The position numbers and the translations under genes are program-made. The notes beneath the pieces were generated by a model. That model had not been told where the DNA came from. It did not search any database and worked only from the letters and a program-made list of their open reading frames with translations. From Desulfobacterales bacterium (lineage in GTDB: Bacteria; Desulfobacterota; Desulfobacteria; Desulfobacterales; UBA5852), in contig CAXXVS010000003.1 in NCBI GenBank assembly GCA_963674755.2, forward strand, positions 832,001-896,000: a DNA stretch of 64,000 nucleotides, read 5' to 3'. Positions 50,330 through 59,781 of this stretch are shown here, in pieces. The stretch's first letter is position 1. The number at the start of each line of letters is the position of its first letter.

Positions 50330-51250
50330 TCAATGTTGTTTGAAAGGAAGAGTAAGAATAACTGGCTGTTTCTGATATATTTCTGAAATTAATTGGTCAT
50401 TTTCTTGTTTGGTTCCACTAAAATTTTCAGGCTGTTTATCATACATATATTTTAATAGTTTAAAGACCATTGCATGCTCCCATTGATAATTCTTACTACC
50501 ATAATTATGGACCAGAATATTTGGAATTTTTGAGTAAGCATTAACATCTCTTAATTGTTCAGCTCCAGGTCCTGCATATTTCCTTATTAGGTCATAAATT
50601 AAATATATTTGTTCATTATTTCTTTTTTCAACTTCATCAAATGGGAAGTCTAAGTTGGTTTTTCCATCCCAGTAGTCCATATATCCCATATGAGAACCAT
50701 AGTGGTCCATATCACCAATAATTGATTTTCTAAACATATATATTTTGAAATATTTCCCGCCGACCCCAATGACTTCTCCTCTTTTAACAATTATGTTAGT
50801 CTGGGCTAATTTTACAAGTTCACTTGATCCATTCGGCTTCATATGAATATAATGAGTTCGGATTCCACCCCCATGATCCATAATTATTTTGTCTTCTAAA
50901 CCATGGTAGCCATTCCTTCTGACTTCAATAAATGCAATTTTGCCATTTGCAGGGGCAACAATTGGTTCTCTAGATGATAATACATATTGGATGCCTGCCC
51001 AAGCAACCTTATGTTCAATCACATTATCGAGCCAAGTCTGTCTTTCATGATGATAATGCTTTAGGTTTGGATTAAATCCATTGTAAGGGTTAAATCCACC
51101 TGCTGCTTTTGATAAGTCCCCTTTAATTCCAGATAAGCTGCAGCCTGCTATATTGGGAATGACTGTACTAACCCCCAGAATAGCTGCTAATTTTAGAAAG
51201 GTCCTTCTATCGGTATGGGAGTTGAATAACCGTTCATATTGTTCTGACAT
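50330..51250 (-). CDS. Tat-exported lipoprotein with degenerate M23 peptidase-like domain
   Basis: DRRTFLK twin-arginine motif, IAGC lipobox, PIVAPANGKI...HGGGIRTHYIHM...VKRGEVIG. Confidence 0.78.
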   Translation of the reverse strand: MSEQYERLFNSHTDRRTFLKLAAILGVSTVIPNIAGCSLSGIKGDLSKAAGGFNPYNGFNPNLKHYHHERQTWLDNVIEHKVAWAGIQYVLSSREPIVAPANGKIAFIEVRRNGYHGLEDKIIMDHGGGIRTHYIHMKPNGSSELVKLAQTNIIVKRGEVIGVGGKYFKIYMFRKSIIGDMDHYGSHMGYMDYWDGKTNLDFPFDEVEKRNNEQIYLIYDLIRKYAGPGAEQLRDVNAYSKIPNILVHNYGSKNYQWEHAMVFKLLKYMYDKQPENFSGTKQENDQLISEIYQKQPVILTLPFKQH

Positions 51251-51344
51251 TTTGTCCTAGAATATCCGATATATTTTATGTTGGACCTAAATTTATTTTA
51301 CTTATGTATAAAATATTAAAAATTCTATCAGACGTCAATTACTT

Positions 51345-51504
51345 TGTCCGGTTCGCAGTCAGCCCGATTGACCAGCGACAAAATGCCCAAGATTGCCTTG
51401 CAGGCTGCGCGGGGATCCAGCTCATGCTCAAGCCGTTCCCATATGCGTTGGTAAGTCTCTCCCGGCAGCAGATCATCCCGTATCTGAGAGTACCGAAAAG
51501 CCTG
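51345..51504 (-). pseudogene. IS21-family transposase (IstA) internal fragment
   Basis: Minus-strand translation QAFRYSQIRDDLLPGETYQRIWERLEHELDPRAACKAILGILSLVNRADCE, recognised as the IstA C-terminal region. Confidence 0.65.
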
Positions 51505-51511
51505 TGGCTTA

Positions 51512-51730
51512 AAGGAGAACCGTCATCTGAAGGGGGCAAACTTTATAAGAGCGCTGAACCGGAGGTTGCAGGGCCATTACAATTACTTCAATGTGCCCGG
51601 CAACTTGAATTCGTTGTGGCGTTTTTACCGCTGGTCAGTGGGCTGTGCATTCAAATGGCTGAACCGGCGAGGGGGAAAGCGCAAAAGCTTTTCCTGGAAA
51701 GTGTTCACACGCGCCATAGACCGGCTAGGT
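51512..51730 (+). pseudogene. Group II intron RT/maturase domain X fragment
   Basis: KENRHLKGANFIRALNRRLQGHYNYFNVPGNLNSLWRFY...KWLNRRGGKRKSFSW; in-frame stop upstream at 51485; no RT core and no intron domain V nearby. Confidence 0.8.
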
Positions 51731-51731
51731 A

Positions 51732-51787
51732 CCATAACATCTAAATCAACGGGACGCTGTAAAGCGTTGCACCCGTTAATAAAGCGA
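51732..51787 (+). other. Degenerate attC-like site
   Basis: CCATAAC-ATCTAAATCAACGGGACGC...GCACCCGTTAATAAAGCG; left core and inner boxes present, right GTT core lost. Confidence 0.55.
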
Positions 51788-51814
51788 CCTACCTTAATCG
51801 CCAAAAGGATGGGA

Positions 51815-52165
51815 ATGGACAGGAAAGCCAAAATAAGGGAATACAGAGATAATCCACCCCCAATGGGTGTTTTCCGGATTACAAACAAAATAAACGGTAA
51901 ATTGCTTATCGGATCAAGTCCTAATCTGCCGGCAGCACTTAATCGCTTTAAAGCTGAGTTGAAGTTCGGTAGCTGCCGCAATGTTGTGTTGCAGAAAGAA
52001 TGGAAGGAATTTGGCCCTGAAGCGTTTGTATTTGAAGAACTTGAAATTCTTAAGCCGTTAAGTGATCCGAGTTATGATCCTGCCGCAGATCTCCGATTTC
52101 TTGAGGAGCTATGGACCGAAAAGCTAAAACCATATGGCGAAAATGGTTATAATAAACAACCCTAA
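51815..52165 (+). CDS. Small GIY-YIG-like nuclease family protein
   Basis: MGVFRITNKINGKLLIGSS...LQKEWKEFGPEAFVFEELE; own AAGGA RBS. Confidence 0.8.
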   Translation: MDRKAKIREYRDNPPPMGVFRITNKINGKLLIGSSPNLPAALNRFKAELKFGSCRNVVLQKEWKEFGPEAFVFEELEILKPLSDPSYDPAADLRFLEELWTEKLKPYGENGYNKQP

Positions 52166-52443
52166 AATATCACTTATATGGATTCAAAATTTTGGCGTAA
52201 AACAAAATATTAACTTTTCGGTAGGAAAGGCGCTTCCAACTCTTGGATTGGATACTCTTTTTAAAGATCTATTTTCAAACAAGAGTATCCTAATATTTAG
52301 TCACAATGCATATGATATTGATACAACAAAATCATTTTGTCAGAAGATTGAGAATGAAATTGATATCATTGATCTTCAATTAAACCACAGCGTTAAACCA
52401 AAAAAAAAATCGTAATCAAAAGGAGCATCCAAAAGAAAGCATC

Positions 52444-52794
52444 ATGCAAACTAAAAACATCCCGTTCCAGATAATCGATTGGTCAAAGATCGAAAAGACC
52501 ACGCATGAGGGGGCAACCGGTGTCGCCTATTGGCAGACGCTTCAATTTGACGGATTGAGGATAAGAAAGGTTGAATATTCGCCCGGCTACCTCGCCGATC
52601 ATTGGTGCCAAAAAGGGCATATCGTTCATTGCCTGGAAGGCGAAGTCGTCAATGAACTAAAGGATGGAAGAAAAAACGTATTGGTACCGGGCATGTCGTA
52701 TGTGGTTTCAGACGATTTGAGCTCTCATCGCTCCGTAACCGAGACCGGTGTGACATTACTGATAATCGATGGCGACTTCCTGAAGTTGAAATAA
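52444..52794 (+). CDS. DHCW-motif cupin fold protein
   Basis: YSPGYLADHWCQKGHIVHCLEG. Confidence 0.88.
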   Translation: MQTKNIPFQIIDWSKIEKTTHEGATGVAYWQTLQFDGLRIRKVEYSPGYLADHWCQKGHIVHCLEGEVVNELKDGRKNVLVPGMSYVVSDDLSSHRSVTETGVTLLIIDGDFLKLK

Positions 52795-52829
52795 ACCGTG
52801 TCGATGCGAAAGCGTTTGAGGAGCCGGGG

Positions 52830-52970
52830 ATGGGAAAAAGCATGCTTGCCCATGGAATAGCAAGCCAATTGTTAGCTGGCCTTCATATGCTCAAGGACTG
52901 TATCGACAGGTGCCCCGAGAAGGAATGGAACGAACGCCATATGCGAAATGAGGTTTTAGTTTCGATCTAA
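52830..52970 (+). pseudogene. Truncated DinB-like protein N-terminus
   Basis: GAGGAG RBS; MGKSMLAHGIASQLLAGLHMLKDCIDRCPEKEWNERH followed by an unrelated tail and stop. Confidence 0.5.
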
Positions 52971-53083
52971 GCACTCCACCTCTGGTGGAGGACCCGGAGA
53001 GATTCTATCGATCCGGGGAGCTTTTTTATAATTGGATTCTTCATTTTCTTCCACGTGGAAGAAAACGGAAGCAAAAGAAGACG

Positions 53084-53207
53084 CCCGTGTCCCGCTCAAC
53101 CCTGCGCGTCGTCGACACGGCCGGAGCGCGCGGAAACTCGCTTCGCTCAGACAGTCCGCACGCTTTTATCCGGCCGCATCGTCGATGCTCGGCGCGGGAC
53201 AATGGGA
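53084..53207. repeat. GC-rich nested hairpin element (MITE-like)
   Basis: Arms TGTCCCGC/GCGGGACA, CGGCCGGA/TCCGGCCG and GCGCGCGGA/TCCGCACGC around AACTCGCTTCGCTCAGACAG. Confidence 0.6.
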
Positions 53208-53428
53208 AATTCAAAACCAAAATCTCAAAGACCGTTGTAAGCCCCCTTCGAGGGGTATTTGAGGCTTTCCGCTAAGCGCGAGGAGACTCACTTATCGCTT
53301 CGGTGAAGAAACAGAAGGCCGATATCAGGCCATTCATCCTGCAATCGAAAAGGAAAGCCTACGGCAGCCGACACCCTGCCCGCGCGGCGGCGCTCATCAT
53401 GGAGATTTCACAAGGGAGGAAAGCTAAT

Positions 53429-54340
53429 ATGCATGCCGTTCGGAACATTAAAAAAGTCCTCAAGGCCAAGCCGACGATGGAAGGTGCCGGCGTTCACCTG
53501 AACAGGGTATTCGGGTTCAGTGAGTTGCCCCTGTTCGATCCCTTCCTGCTTTTGGATGATTTCCGTTCCGATACTCCAGCCCAATACCTGAAAGGTTTCC
53601 CCTGGCATCCCCACCGCGGGATTGAAACGATCACCTACGTCCTGAAAGGCGACGTGGAGCACGGTGACAGTCTCGGGAACGAAGGCGTTATTGGCGCGGG
53701 GGATGTGCAGTGGATGACCGCGGGAAGCGGGATTATCCACCAGGAGATGCCCAAAGGCGACGGCAACGGAAAAATGTACGGCTTTCAGCTCTGGGCCAAT
53801 CTGCCGTCCCGTGCGAAGATGATGGACCCGCGCTATCGGGATGTGGCGAACGAACACATACCCGAAGTCAAGCTTTCCAACGATACGATTATCAGGATCA
53901 TTGCCGGCGAGGTATCCGGCACTAAGGGGCCGGTGCAGGATATCGTCATCGATCCCGAATATATCGATGTTACCGTCCCGGCAGGCTCGGAGTTCAGACA
54001 CCCCACGAAACGGGGCTATACGGTCTTTGTCTACATCATCGAAGGCCAGGGCTATTTCTGCCGGGAAAAGGACCCCTTCACCTACGAAATGGAAGGCATC
54101 AACTACTTTGACATCCAGGGCGAGCCGTTTGTCGACAACGGGAACCTAATCCTGTTCGACGACGGTGACGAGATCATGGCTTCCACAGGAGAGCATAAGG
54201 TGCGATTCCTCCTGATTTCCGGTAAGCCTATTGGTGAACCGGTTGCATGGTATGGCCCCATCGTTATGAATACCCATGACGAATTGCGCATCGCGTTTGA
54301 GGAGTACGAGCAGGGGACTTTCATCAAATATAAAGGCTGA
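53429..54340 (+). CDS. Pirin family protein
   Basis: DPFLLLD, GFPWHPHRGIETITY, WMTAGSGIIHQE, YGPIVMN. Confidence 0.95.
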   Translation: MHAVRNIKKVLKAKPTMEGAGVHLNRVFGFSELPLFDPFLLLDDFRSDTPAQYLKGFPWHPHRGIETITYVLKGDVEHGDSLGNEGVIGAGDVQWMTAGSGIIHQEMPKGDGNGKMYGFQLWANLPSRAKMMDPRYRDVANEHIPEVKLSNDTIIRIIAGEVSGTKGPVQDIVIDPEYIDVTVPAGSEFRHPTKRGYTVFVYIIEGQGYFCREKDPFTYEMEGINYFDIQGEPFVDNGNLILFDDGDEIMASTGEHKVRFLLISGKPIGEPVAWYGPIVMNTHDELRIAFEEYEQGTFIKYKG

Positions 54341-54732
54341 ATTCAATGGAACTGAATGTAGGAAAGCCGCACGTTCGGGACTGATTTGGGGCGGTTGGTA
54401 ACCGGCATTCCTACCACGTCGGTTTAAAAAGAGCATACAAGCAATCCAAGGCATCTATGGGGTGTATAGGATCGAAAACTCGCAGAATGATAAGGGCTTG
54501 AAAGAAACCCCCCAAAAATTTTCACGATGCAAATATTAGCCTTGATCCAGGCCATCAATCCCCATAATTCCAAATCAATGCCCGTGAGGTGGTTCCGTCC
54601 AACAAGCGTTTTAGCGCCGGCTCCGCGCAGCAAAAACTATCGTTCGTCAGGCATGCAAGCAATAGTGCCAATGGACAAATTATTTCATTAGGCAAAAAGT
54701 AGAATCGCCAACTTAACTATAGGAGATGTACA

Positions 54733-55851
54733 TTGAAAAAATTCTCATATGCCGCAGTGTTATTTTTATTAGTAGGCCTGACCAGTATTGCCCATGCTAG
54801 GGAGCGGGAGAAGGAAATCATACCTTGGCCCCCAAATCTGCCCGTCTACGATCATATCGTCATCGTTGTGGAAGAAAATAAAGATTATGAAGAGGTTATA
54901 GGACAAAACTACGCCCCTTACCTAAACCAAACACTGAAGGCGGAAGGGGCCGACTTTGTTCAGATGTACGGTGAGGAGCATTTCAGTCAAGGGAATTACT
55001 TCTGGCTCTTTTCGGGGGACAACCATAATGTCGGCTTTGTTGATACGCCTCCTGAAGGTATTCCTTTCTCAACCCCTAACCTGGCATCTCAGTTGAGCGA
55101 AAAAACCCCCAATCCTTTAACATTCAAAGGGTATGCGGAAAATCTTCCAACGAATCACCTTGCTCCCTTTGACGAGAAAAAACTGTATGCTCGTAAGCAT
55201 GTACCGTGGGTCAGTTTTGACAACGTTCCTGTATCCTGCACGGTTGATTTTAAAGAATTCCCCCAAAATGCTGATGGATTTAAAAAGTTGCCGACGGTTT
55301 CCTTCGTTATCCCCAACCTCAACAACGACATGCACAACATTCCTGAGGGCGGAACAATTGAAGATGCCGTCAGAAAAGGCGACAAGTGGCTGGAAGATAA
55401 TATTGGCCCTTACTATAATTGGGCGAAAACAAACAACAGTCTTCTAATTGTCACCTTCGATGAAAACGATGACAAGAGGTCGTATTGTGGACTAACGAAT
55501 CCCTGGTTTGCAGAATTTTATAGAAATGACGGTAAAATAAAGAAGATTCTTGACCCCGAGTTGTATGAGGATATGAAGAATAGGACCATAACTATTTTCG
55601 CTGGCGCCCATATAAGGCCAGGCATCTATAAAGAAGATCGCGGTATTACGCATGTTAATATTTTGCGCACGATTGAGTCCATGTACGGACTTCCCAAAGC
55701 GGGTGCTCAGCAGCCTAATGCCGCAGGTGAATCATTTGTGGCAAACGATTTGGTTGTGACCGAAGAACAATCCTTAAAAGGAAAACCGCTTGTTAAAAAA
55801 GGTATCAGCGATGACTATATCATAACGGATGTATTTGAATACGTAAAATGA
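54733..55851 (+). CDS. Secreted acid phosphatase (phosphoesterase family)
   Basis: Signal peptide; DHIVIVVEENK, SQGNY, YARKHVPW, NDMH, TFDE; AGGAG RBS with TTG start. Confidence 0.88.
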   Translation: MKKFSYAAVLFLLVGLTSIAHAREREKEIIPWPPNLPVYDHIVIVVEENKDYEEVIGQNYAPYLNQTLKAEGADFVQMYGEEHFSQGNYFWLFSGDNHNVGFVDTPPEGIPFSTPNLASQLSEKTPNPLTFKGYAENLPTNHLAPFDEKKLYARKHVPWVSFDNVPVSCTVDFKEFPQNADGFKKLPTVSFVIPNLNNDMHNIPEGGTIEDAVRKGDKWLEDNIGPYYNWAKTNNSLLIVTFDENDDKRSYCGLTNPWFAEFYRNDGKIKKILDPELYEDMKNRTITIFAGAHIRPGIYKEDRGITHVNILRTIESMYGLPKAGAQQPNAAGESFVANDLVVTEEQSLKGKPLVKKGISDDYIITDVFEYVK

Positions 55852-55942
55852 ATCGCCAGCTATCCACATTCATAGAAGAGCATATTTCTACAAGACCCAG
55901 AAGACTATTTATAAAAGGACGTAATTGCATCGCAATCGCATT

Positions 55943-56017
55943 CACTAGACGGAAGGAAGCGCAGCGGCGCTGACGCGGCCGGCTTGGCTGGGCCGCTGGT
56001 GATGCCGGTCGTTATGT
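55943..56017 (+). other. attC-like site
   Basis: CAGCGGC...GCCGCTG inner palindrome ending in core GTTATGT; its exact complement ACATAAC occurs at 56163-56169. Confidence 0.6.
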
Positions 56018-56529
56018 GGTTTTGGTCATCATTAAATAGAATACACAAGACGGATATGAAAAACATGAAATTGATAGAAAGTGAAGGTTTAACAAATATT
56101 TGTATCGTTATATGGGGACCACAGAGGGATAGCCCTAATTTTGATAAAACATCCATGCCAAAACATAACTTTTAGTTGATAGTGCATCCACATCGTCTTC
56201 CTGAACCGGTCGCAACCCTCATGTGAGTTCTGAATTCACCCTGTTATTTTCTTCTATCAGTATTTTGTTTTTGACAATGTCCATAGATGGGACGACCCTC
56301 TGCGTATCAATCTTTTTGAGGTGGTGGTTGAAATGATGTATGCCAAGGTCATATTTCAGGTGCATAGCGTGGTGCCGCTGCCGTGAAGATTTTAACCAAC
56401 TGCTGGCAAAGTGCTATCAGCCGGGAGGAAGGAGGTGCGGATATGGCCATGAATCGTGTTGCACTTTATCGCAAGATGCTGACATGCCGGCGGCTGGAGG
56501 AGGCGATCGCGGTCCTCTGGCACGAAGGG

Positions 56530-56900
56530 CGCATATCCGGTTGATTTCCAAGACGGATTTCTGCCGGGCCGTGATCGCCGCCATCACCAATGCGCATGCC
56601 AGGGGCATCTATCATGTGGGCGACGAAGGTTGCGACACCCTGCAATCGTTCCTCGATCTGGCTTGTGCGACCTGGGGCTGCCGGAAACCCTGGCGTATGC
56701 CCCTGTGGCTCATCTATACGGCGGCTGAAACGTCCGAGTTTTTTTCCCGGCTATTCGGAATCCAAAGTCCCCTAACGAAGGATTTTATCGATATCGGACG
56801 CGTGCCGTATTTAGGCGATACCTCCCGCTTTCGGGCGGAATTGATGCCTGATTTGGAATATGCCGACATCAAATGCGGTATCCGGGAAATGCTGCGGTAG
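56530..56900 (+). pseudogene. C-terminal fragment of an NAD-dependent epimerase/dehydratase
   Basis: LISKTDFCRAV...RGIYHVGDE...GDTSRFRAEL; Rossmann N-terminus absent. Confidence 0.6.
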
Positions 56901-56990
56901 GCCGAGGCAGGGCTTGCCATTTTCCCCAAAATGCCAATCCTTTTCGTTAGATATTGACGTAACGGCAACCATTCATCCCGCGGAGGCCAC

Positions 56991-57695
56991 ATGGAAAAGG
57001 TCAAAGGATTGTTTTTCGATGTCGGGGGGACTGTGTTCGATTGGAAGAATACGATCCGGGAGGAAATTCAACGCCTGGCCGGTGAAAAGGGAGACGTCAT
57101 CGATAGCGAAGCCTTTGCCATTGACTGGCGAGGCGCCATGTTCGGGGTTCACAATCGGGTACGGCAGGGGGATCTGCCCTGGATGAATGCGGACGAGATG
57201 CATCTGCGGGCCCTGGATTCAATGGCCGGAAAGTACCCACTTCTATCCGGCATCGATGGCGAAACCCTTGTAAAAGCCACCTGGCATCGGCTCAGGGCCT
57301 TTGCCGGCGCCCAGGGGGCCATCACGCGGCTGCGGACCCGGTACACGGTCGTCGTGCTGACGATATTGAGTTGGGAAAGCATCGTCAGCAGCTCCAAAGC
57401 CGCCGGGGTGCAATGGGACGGCATTCTGTCCTGTGAGTTCCTGGGCTACTACAAACCTTCCCTGCAATCCTACCGCAAAGCCGTCCATCTGCTGGGGCTG
57501 AAGCCGGAAGAGGCCATGATGGTGGCGGCCCATGAAGGCGATCTGGCCGCTGCCCGGACCGCCGGGATGCATACCGCCTTCGTCAAGGTTCCGGAAGAAG
57601 ACATTTTATCGGAGGGTTTCGGCCAAACCACGGCGACCGGTTTCGATATCGAGGCCCCGGATTTTGAAGTCCTGTGCCAAAAACTGGGCGTCTAA
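56991..57695 (+). CDS. Haloacid dehalogenase type II-like HAD hydrolase
   Basis: FFDVGGTVFDW, YKPS, MMVAAHEGDL. Confidence 0.88.
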   Translation: MEKVKGLFFDVGGTVFDWKNTIREEIQRLAGEKGDVIDSEAFAIDWRGAMFGVHNRVRQGDLPWMNADEMHLRALDSMAGKYPLLSGIDGETLVKATWHRLRAFAGAQGAITRLRTRYTVVVLTILSWESIVSSSKAAGVQWDGILSCEFLGYYKPSLQSYRKAVHLLGLKPEEAMMVAAHEGDLAAARTAGMHTAFVKVPEEDILSEGFGQTTATGFDIEAPDFEVLCQKLGV

Positions 57696-57805
57696 ACCCG
57701 CCCTTCTTCATATTTGTCCCAGCCGGCCCGTGTTTAAGATTTTGTAAACGACCTGAAGTGTTTTAACTTCAAAGGAAGAAACCAGCGCATCGCATGGGAG
57801 GTTTT

Positions 57806-58177
57806 ATGTTCCGCATCATACAAAGCGGCCGCAATCGTCTGGACATCGTTTTGAGCGGAAAGTTGGATGCTGAAGAGATGAAAGTCGCATTGGACGATTT
57901 TGCCGACAAGTCCCGACATATTGAAGACGGCCGGATGCTCTACGACATCATCGATTTTCATCTGCCGTCGCTGGCGGCCATCAAAATCGAGTTTGCACGG
58001 CTGCCCGCGATGATCGGGCTGATGAAGAAATTCGACCGGGCTGCGGTACTGACGGACAAAGCCTGGTTGCAGAAGGTCAGTGAGCTGGAAGGGCTTTTCA
58101 CCCCCGGGCTGGAGATCAAAGCCTTTGACCGGGACCAGAAGGCGGAGGCCGAGGCCTGGTTGGCGCGCCAGGCGTGA
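57806..58177 (+). CDS. STAS/SEC14 (SpoIIAA-like) domain protein
   Basis: SGKLD...KFDRAAVLTDKAWL...IKAF...AEAWL pattern. Confidence 0.82.
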   Translation: MFRIIQSGRNRLDIVLSGKLDAEEMKVALDDFADKSRHIEDGRMLYDIIDFHLPSLAAIKIEFARLPAMIGLMKKFDRAAVLTDKAWLQKVSELEGLFTPGLEIKAFDRDQKAEAEAWLARQA

Positions 58178-58310
58178 TGGCGCTTGCTTTTTTGCCTGAT
58201 GAGGTTAGAATGCCCGACCGGCAAGGGGCGAAGGGGTGCTGCCCTATGGCCATCCCGTCAGATGCCGGGCAATTACGCAACAATACCGGGTTCACACCCA
58301 GGAGGACCTA

Positions 58311-59141
58311 ATGCCGGTCATTACCATCAATCGGGGATCGTACAGCCGGGGCAAAACGGTTGCTGAAAAGCTTGCCGGGCGATTGGGGTATGAATGTGTT
58401 TCGCGGGACATCCTGCTGGATGCCTCGGACGAATTCAGCATCCCTGAAATCAAGCTCGTCCGGGCGCTGCATGACGCCCCCTCCGTGCTGGAACGGTTTA
58501 CCCACGGCAAGGAACGCTACATCAGCTATCTTTACTCCGCGCTGCTCCAGCATGTGCGTAAGGACAATGTCGTTTACCATGGACTGGCGGGGCAATATTT
58601 TCTAGGCCATATCCCCCATGTCTTGAAAGTACGCATTATCGCCGACCTGCAGGACCGGGTGCAGGAAGAGATGCGACGGGAGGATATCTCGGCGGAAAAG
58701 GCACGCTACATCCTCAAGAAGGATGACGACGAACGCCGCAAGTGGGGCCTCCAGGTCTACGGTACGGACACCTGGGACAGCCGTCTCTATGATATCGTCC
58801 TGAATATCCACAAGGTGACGGTTGACGACGCGGTGGATATCCTCTGCCAGATGATTCAGAGACCGGCTTTTCAAACCACCCCCCAGTCCCGCAAACTGGT
58901 TGAAGACCTGGCGCTTTCAGCCCTGGTCAAAGCCAAATTGGCCCTGCTGGCGCCGAAAATCCAGGTGGTTTCCGATGACGGCATCGTCTACCTCAATCAA
59001 CTGGACGCGGCGGAAGAAAAAGAATGGATCGACGAGTTAAAGCGCTTCGCCGCAAAGGTCGAAGGCGTCAAGGAGGTGCGTTTCAATGACGGTGTGCCGG
59101 CGGCGCACCGGGATCATATCAATCCATTCCACAACATTTGA
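58311..59141 (+). CDS. Cytidylate kinase-like family protein with C-terminal BON-like domain
   Basis: VITINRGSYSRGKTVAEKLA, KVRIIAD, DDERRKW, YDIVLN; GGAGG RBS. Confidence 0.85.
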   Translation: MPVITINRGSYSRGKTVAEKLAGRLGYECVSRDILLDASDEFSIPEIKLVRALHDAPSVLERFTHGKERYISYLYSALLQHVRKDNVVYHGLAGQYFLGHIPHVLKVRIIADLQDRVQEEMRREDISAEKARYILKKDDDERRKWGLQVYGTDTWDSRLYDIVLNIHKVTVDDAVDILCQMIQRPAFQTTPQSRKLVEDLALSALVKAKLALLAPKIQVVSDDGIVYLNQLDAAEEKEWIDELKRFAAKVEGVKEVRFNDGVPAAHRDHINPFHNI

Positions 59142-59262
59142 CGGTTTCGTAAAATGTCCGATATCGGCGTTACGCGGATCCTTCGTCACTGCGGCGTACG
59201 ATAGGTACGCCGCCCTCCTCAGGATCCGCAAGCCTTGATCTCGGATAGCTCACGAAACCGAC
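59140..59262. repeat. 123-bp palindromic element, copy B
   Basis: GACGGTTTCGTAAAATGTCCGA / TCGGATAGCTCACGAAACCGAC ends; internal TCGTCACTGCGGCGTAC..GTACGC and GCCTTGATCT shared with copy A. Confidence 0.85.
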
Positions 59263-59313
59263 TTAAGTTTGACCTTTCACAGATCTACCATCCCGATTTG
59301 TAAGGATTTCCAT

Positions 59314-59781
59314 TTGCTGCACATCTATGTCGATGCCGATGCCTGTCCGGTGAAAGAAGAAGTGTATCGCGTGGCGCGGCGCTATCGCCTATCGGTCACG
59401 CTGGTGGCCAATTCCCGGATGCAGATTCCGAACGAGCAGCGGATCCGGCTGGAGGTCGTAGCCGACAGATTCGACGCGGCCGACGACTGGATCGTCTCCC
59501 ATGTGCAGCCTCATGACATCGTGGTAACGGCCGACGTGGTGCTGGCCAGCCGCTGCGTGCAGGCGGGGGCACGTGTGATCGGTCCTGGCGGCAAACCGTT
59601 CACCGAAGACAATGTCGGGCAGGCTGTGGCCATGCGCGATCTGATGGCCGACCTGCGCGCCACCGGCGAAGTTACCGGCGGGCCGCCGCCGCTCACCAAA
59701 CGCGACCGGTCGCGTTTTCTTCAAAAGCTGGATGAAGTGATCCAGGCCATCCGGCGTGCGCAGCCACCCCTCCAGGAATGA
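59314..59781 (+). CDS. YaiI/YqxD (DUF188) family protein
   Basis: IYVDADACPVK, DAADDWIV, VVTADVVLA, GGPPP. Confidence 0.92.
   Translation: MLHIYVDADACPVKEEVYRVARRYRLSVTLVANSRMQIPNEQRIRLEVVADRFDAADDWIVSHVQPHDIVVTADVVLASRCVQAGARVIGPGGKPFTEDNVGQAVAMRDLMADLRATGEVTGGPPPLTKRDRSRFLQKLDEVIQAIRRAQPPLQE

Larger units (their letters stand above)
48070..56300. mobile_element. AT-rich accessory island resembling a decayed integron cassette array (CALIN-like)
   Basis: Abrupt drop in GC; unrelated single genes separated by attC-like sites; IS21 and group II intron remnants; no integrase in the window. Confidence 0.65.

Noticed and set aside
51566..52165. Apparent maturase-GIY-YIG fusion protein (199 aa)
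   Set aside because: The linker is an attC-like remnant, the maturase part lacks the RT core and a credible start, and the nuclease has its own RBS; likely a chance in-frame join
52134..52415. 93-aa AT-rich ORF
   Set aside because: Overlaps the previous gene and has no RBS or motif; at most the tail of a lost gene
54597..54652. Additional attC candidate GTCCAAC...GTCAGGC before the acid phosphatase
   Set aside because: Inner palindrome is poor and the right core is mismatched; mentioned only as weak support, not called as a feature
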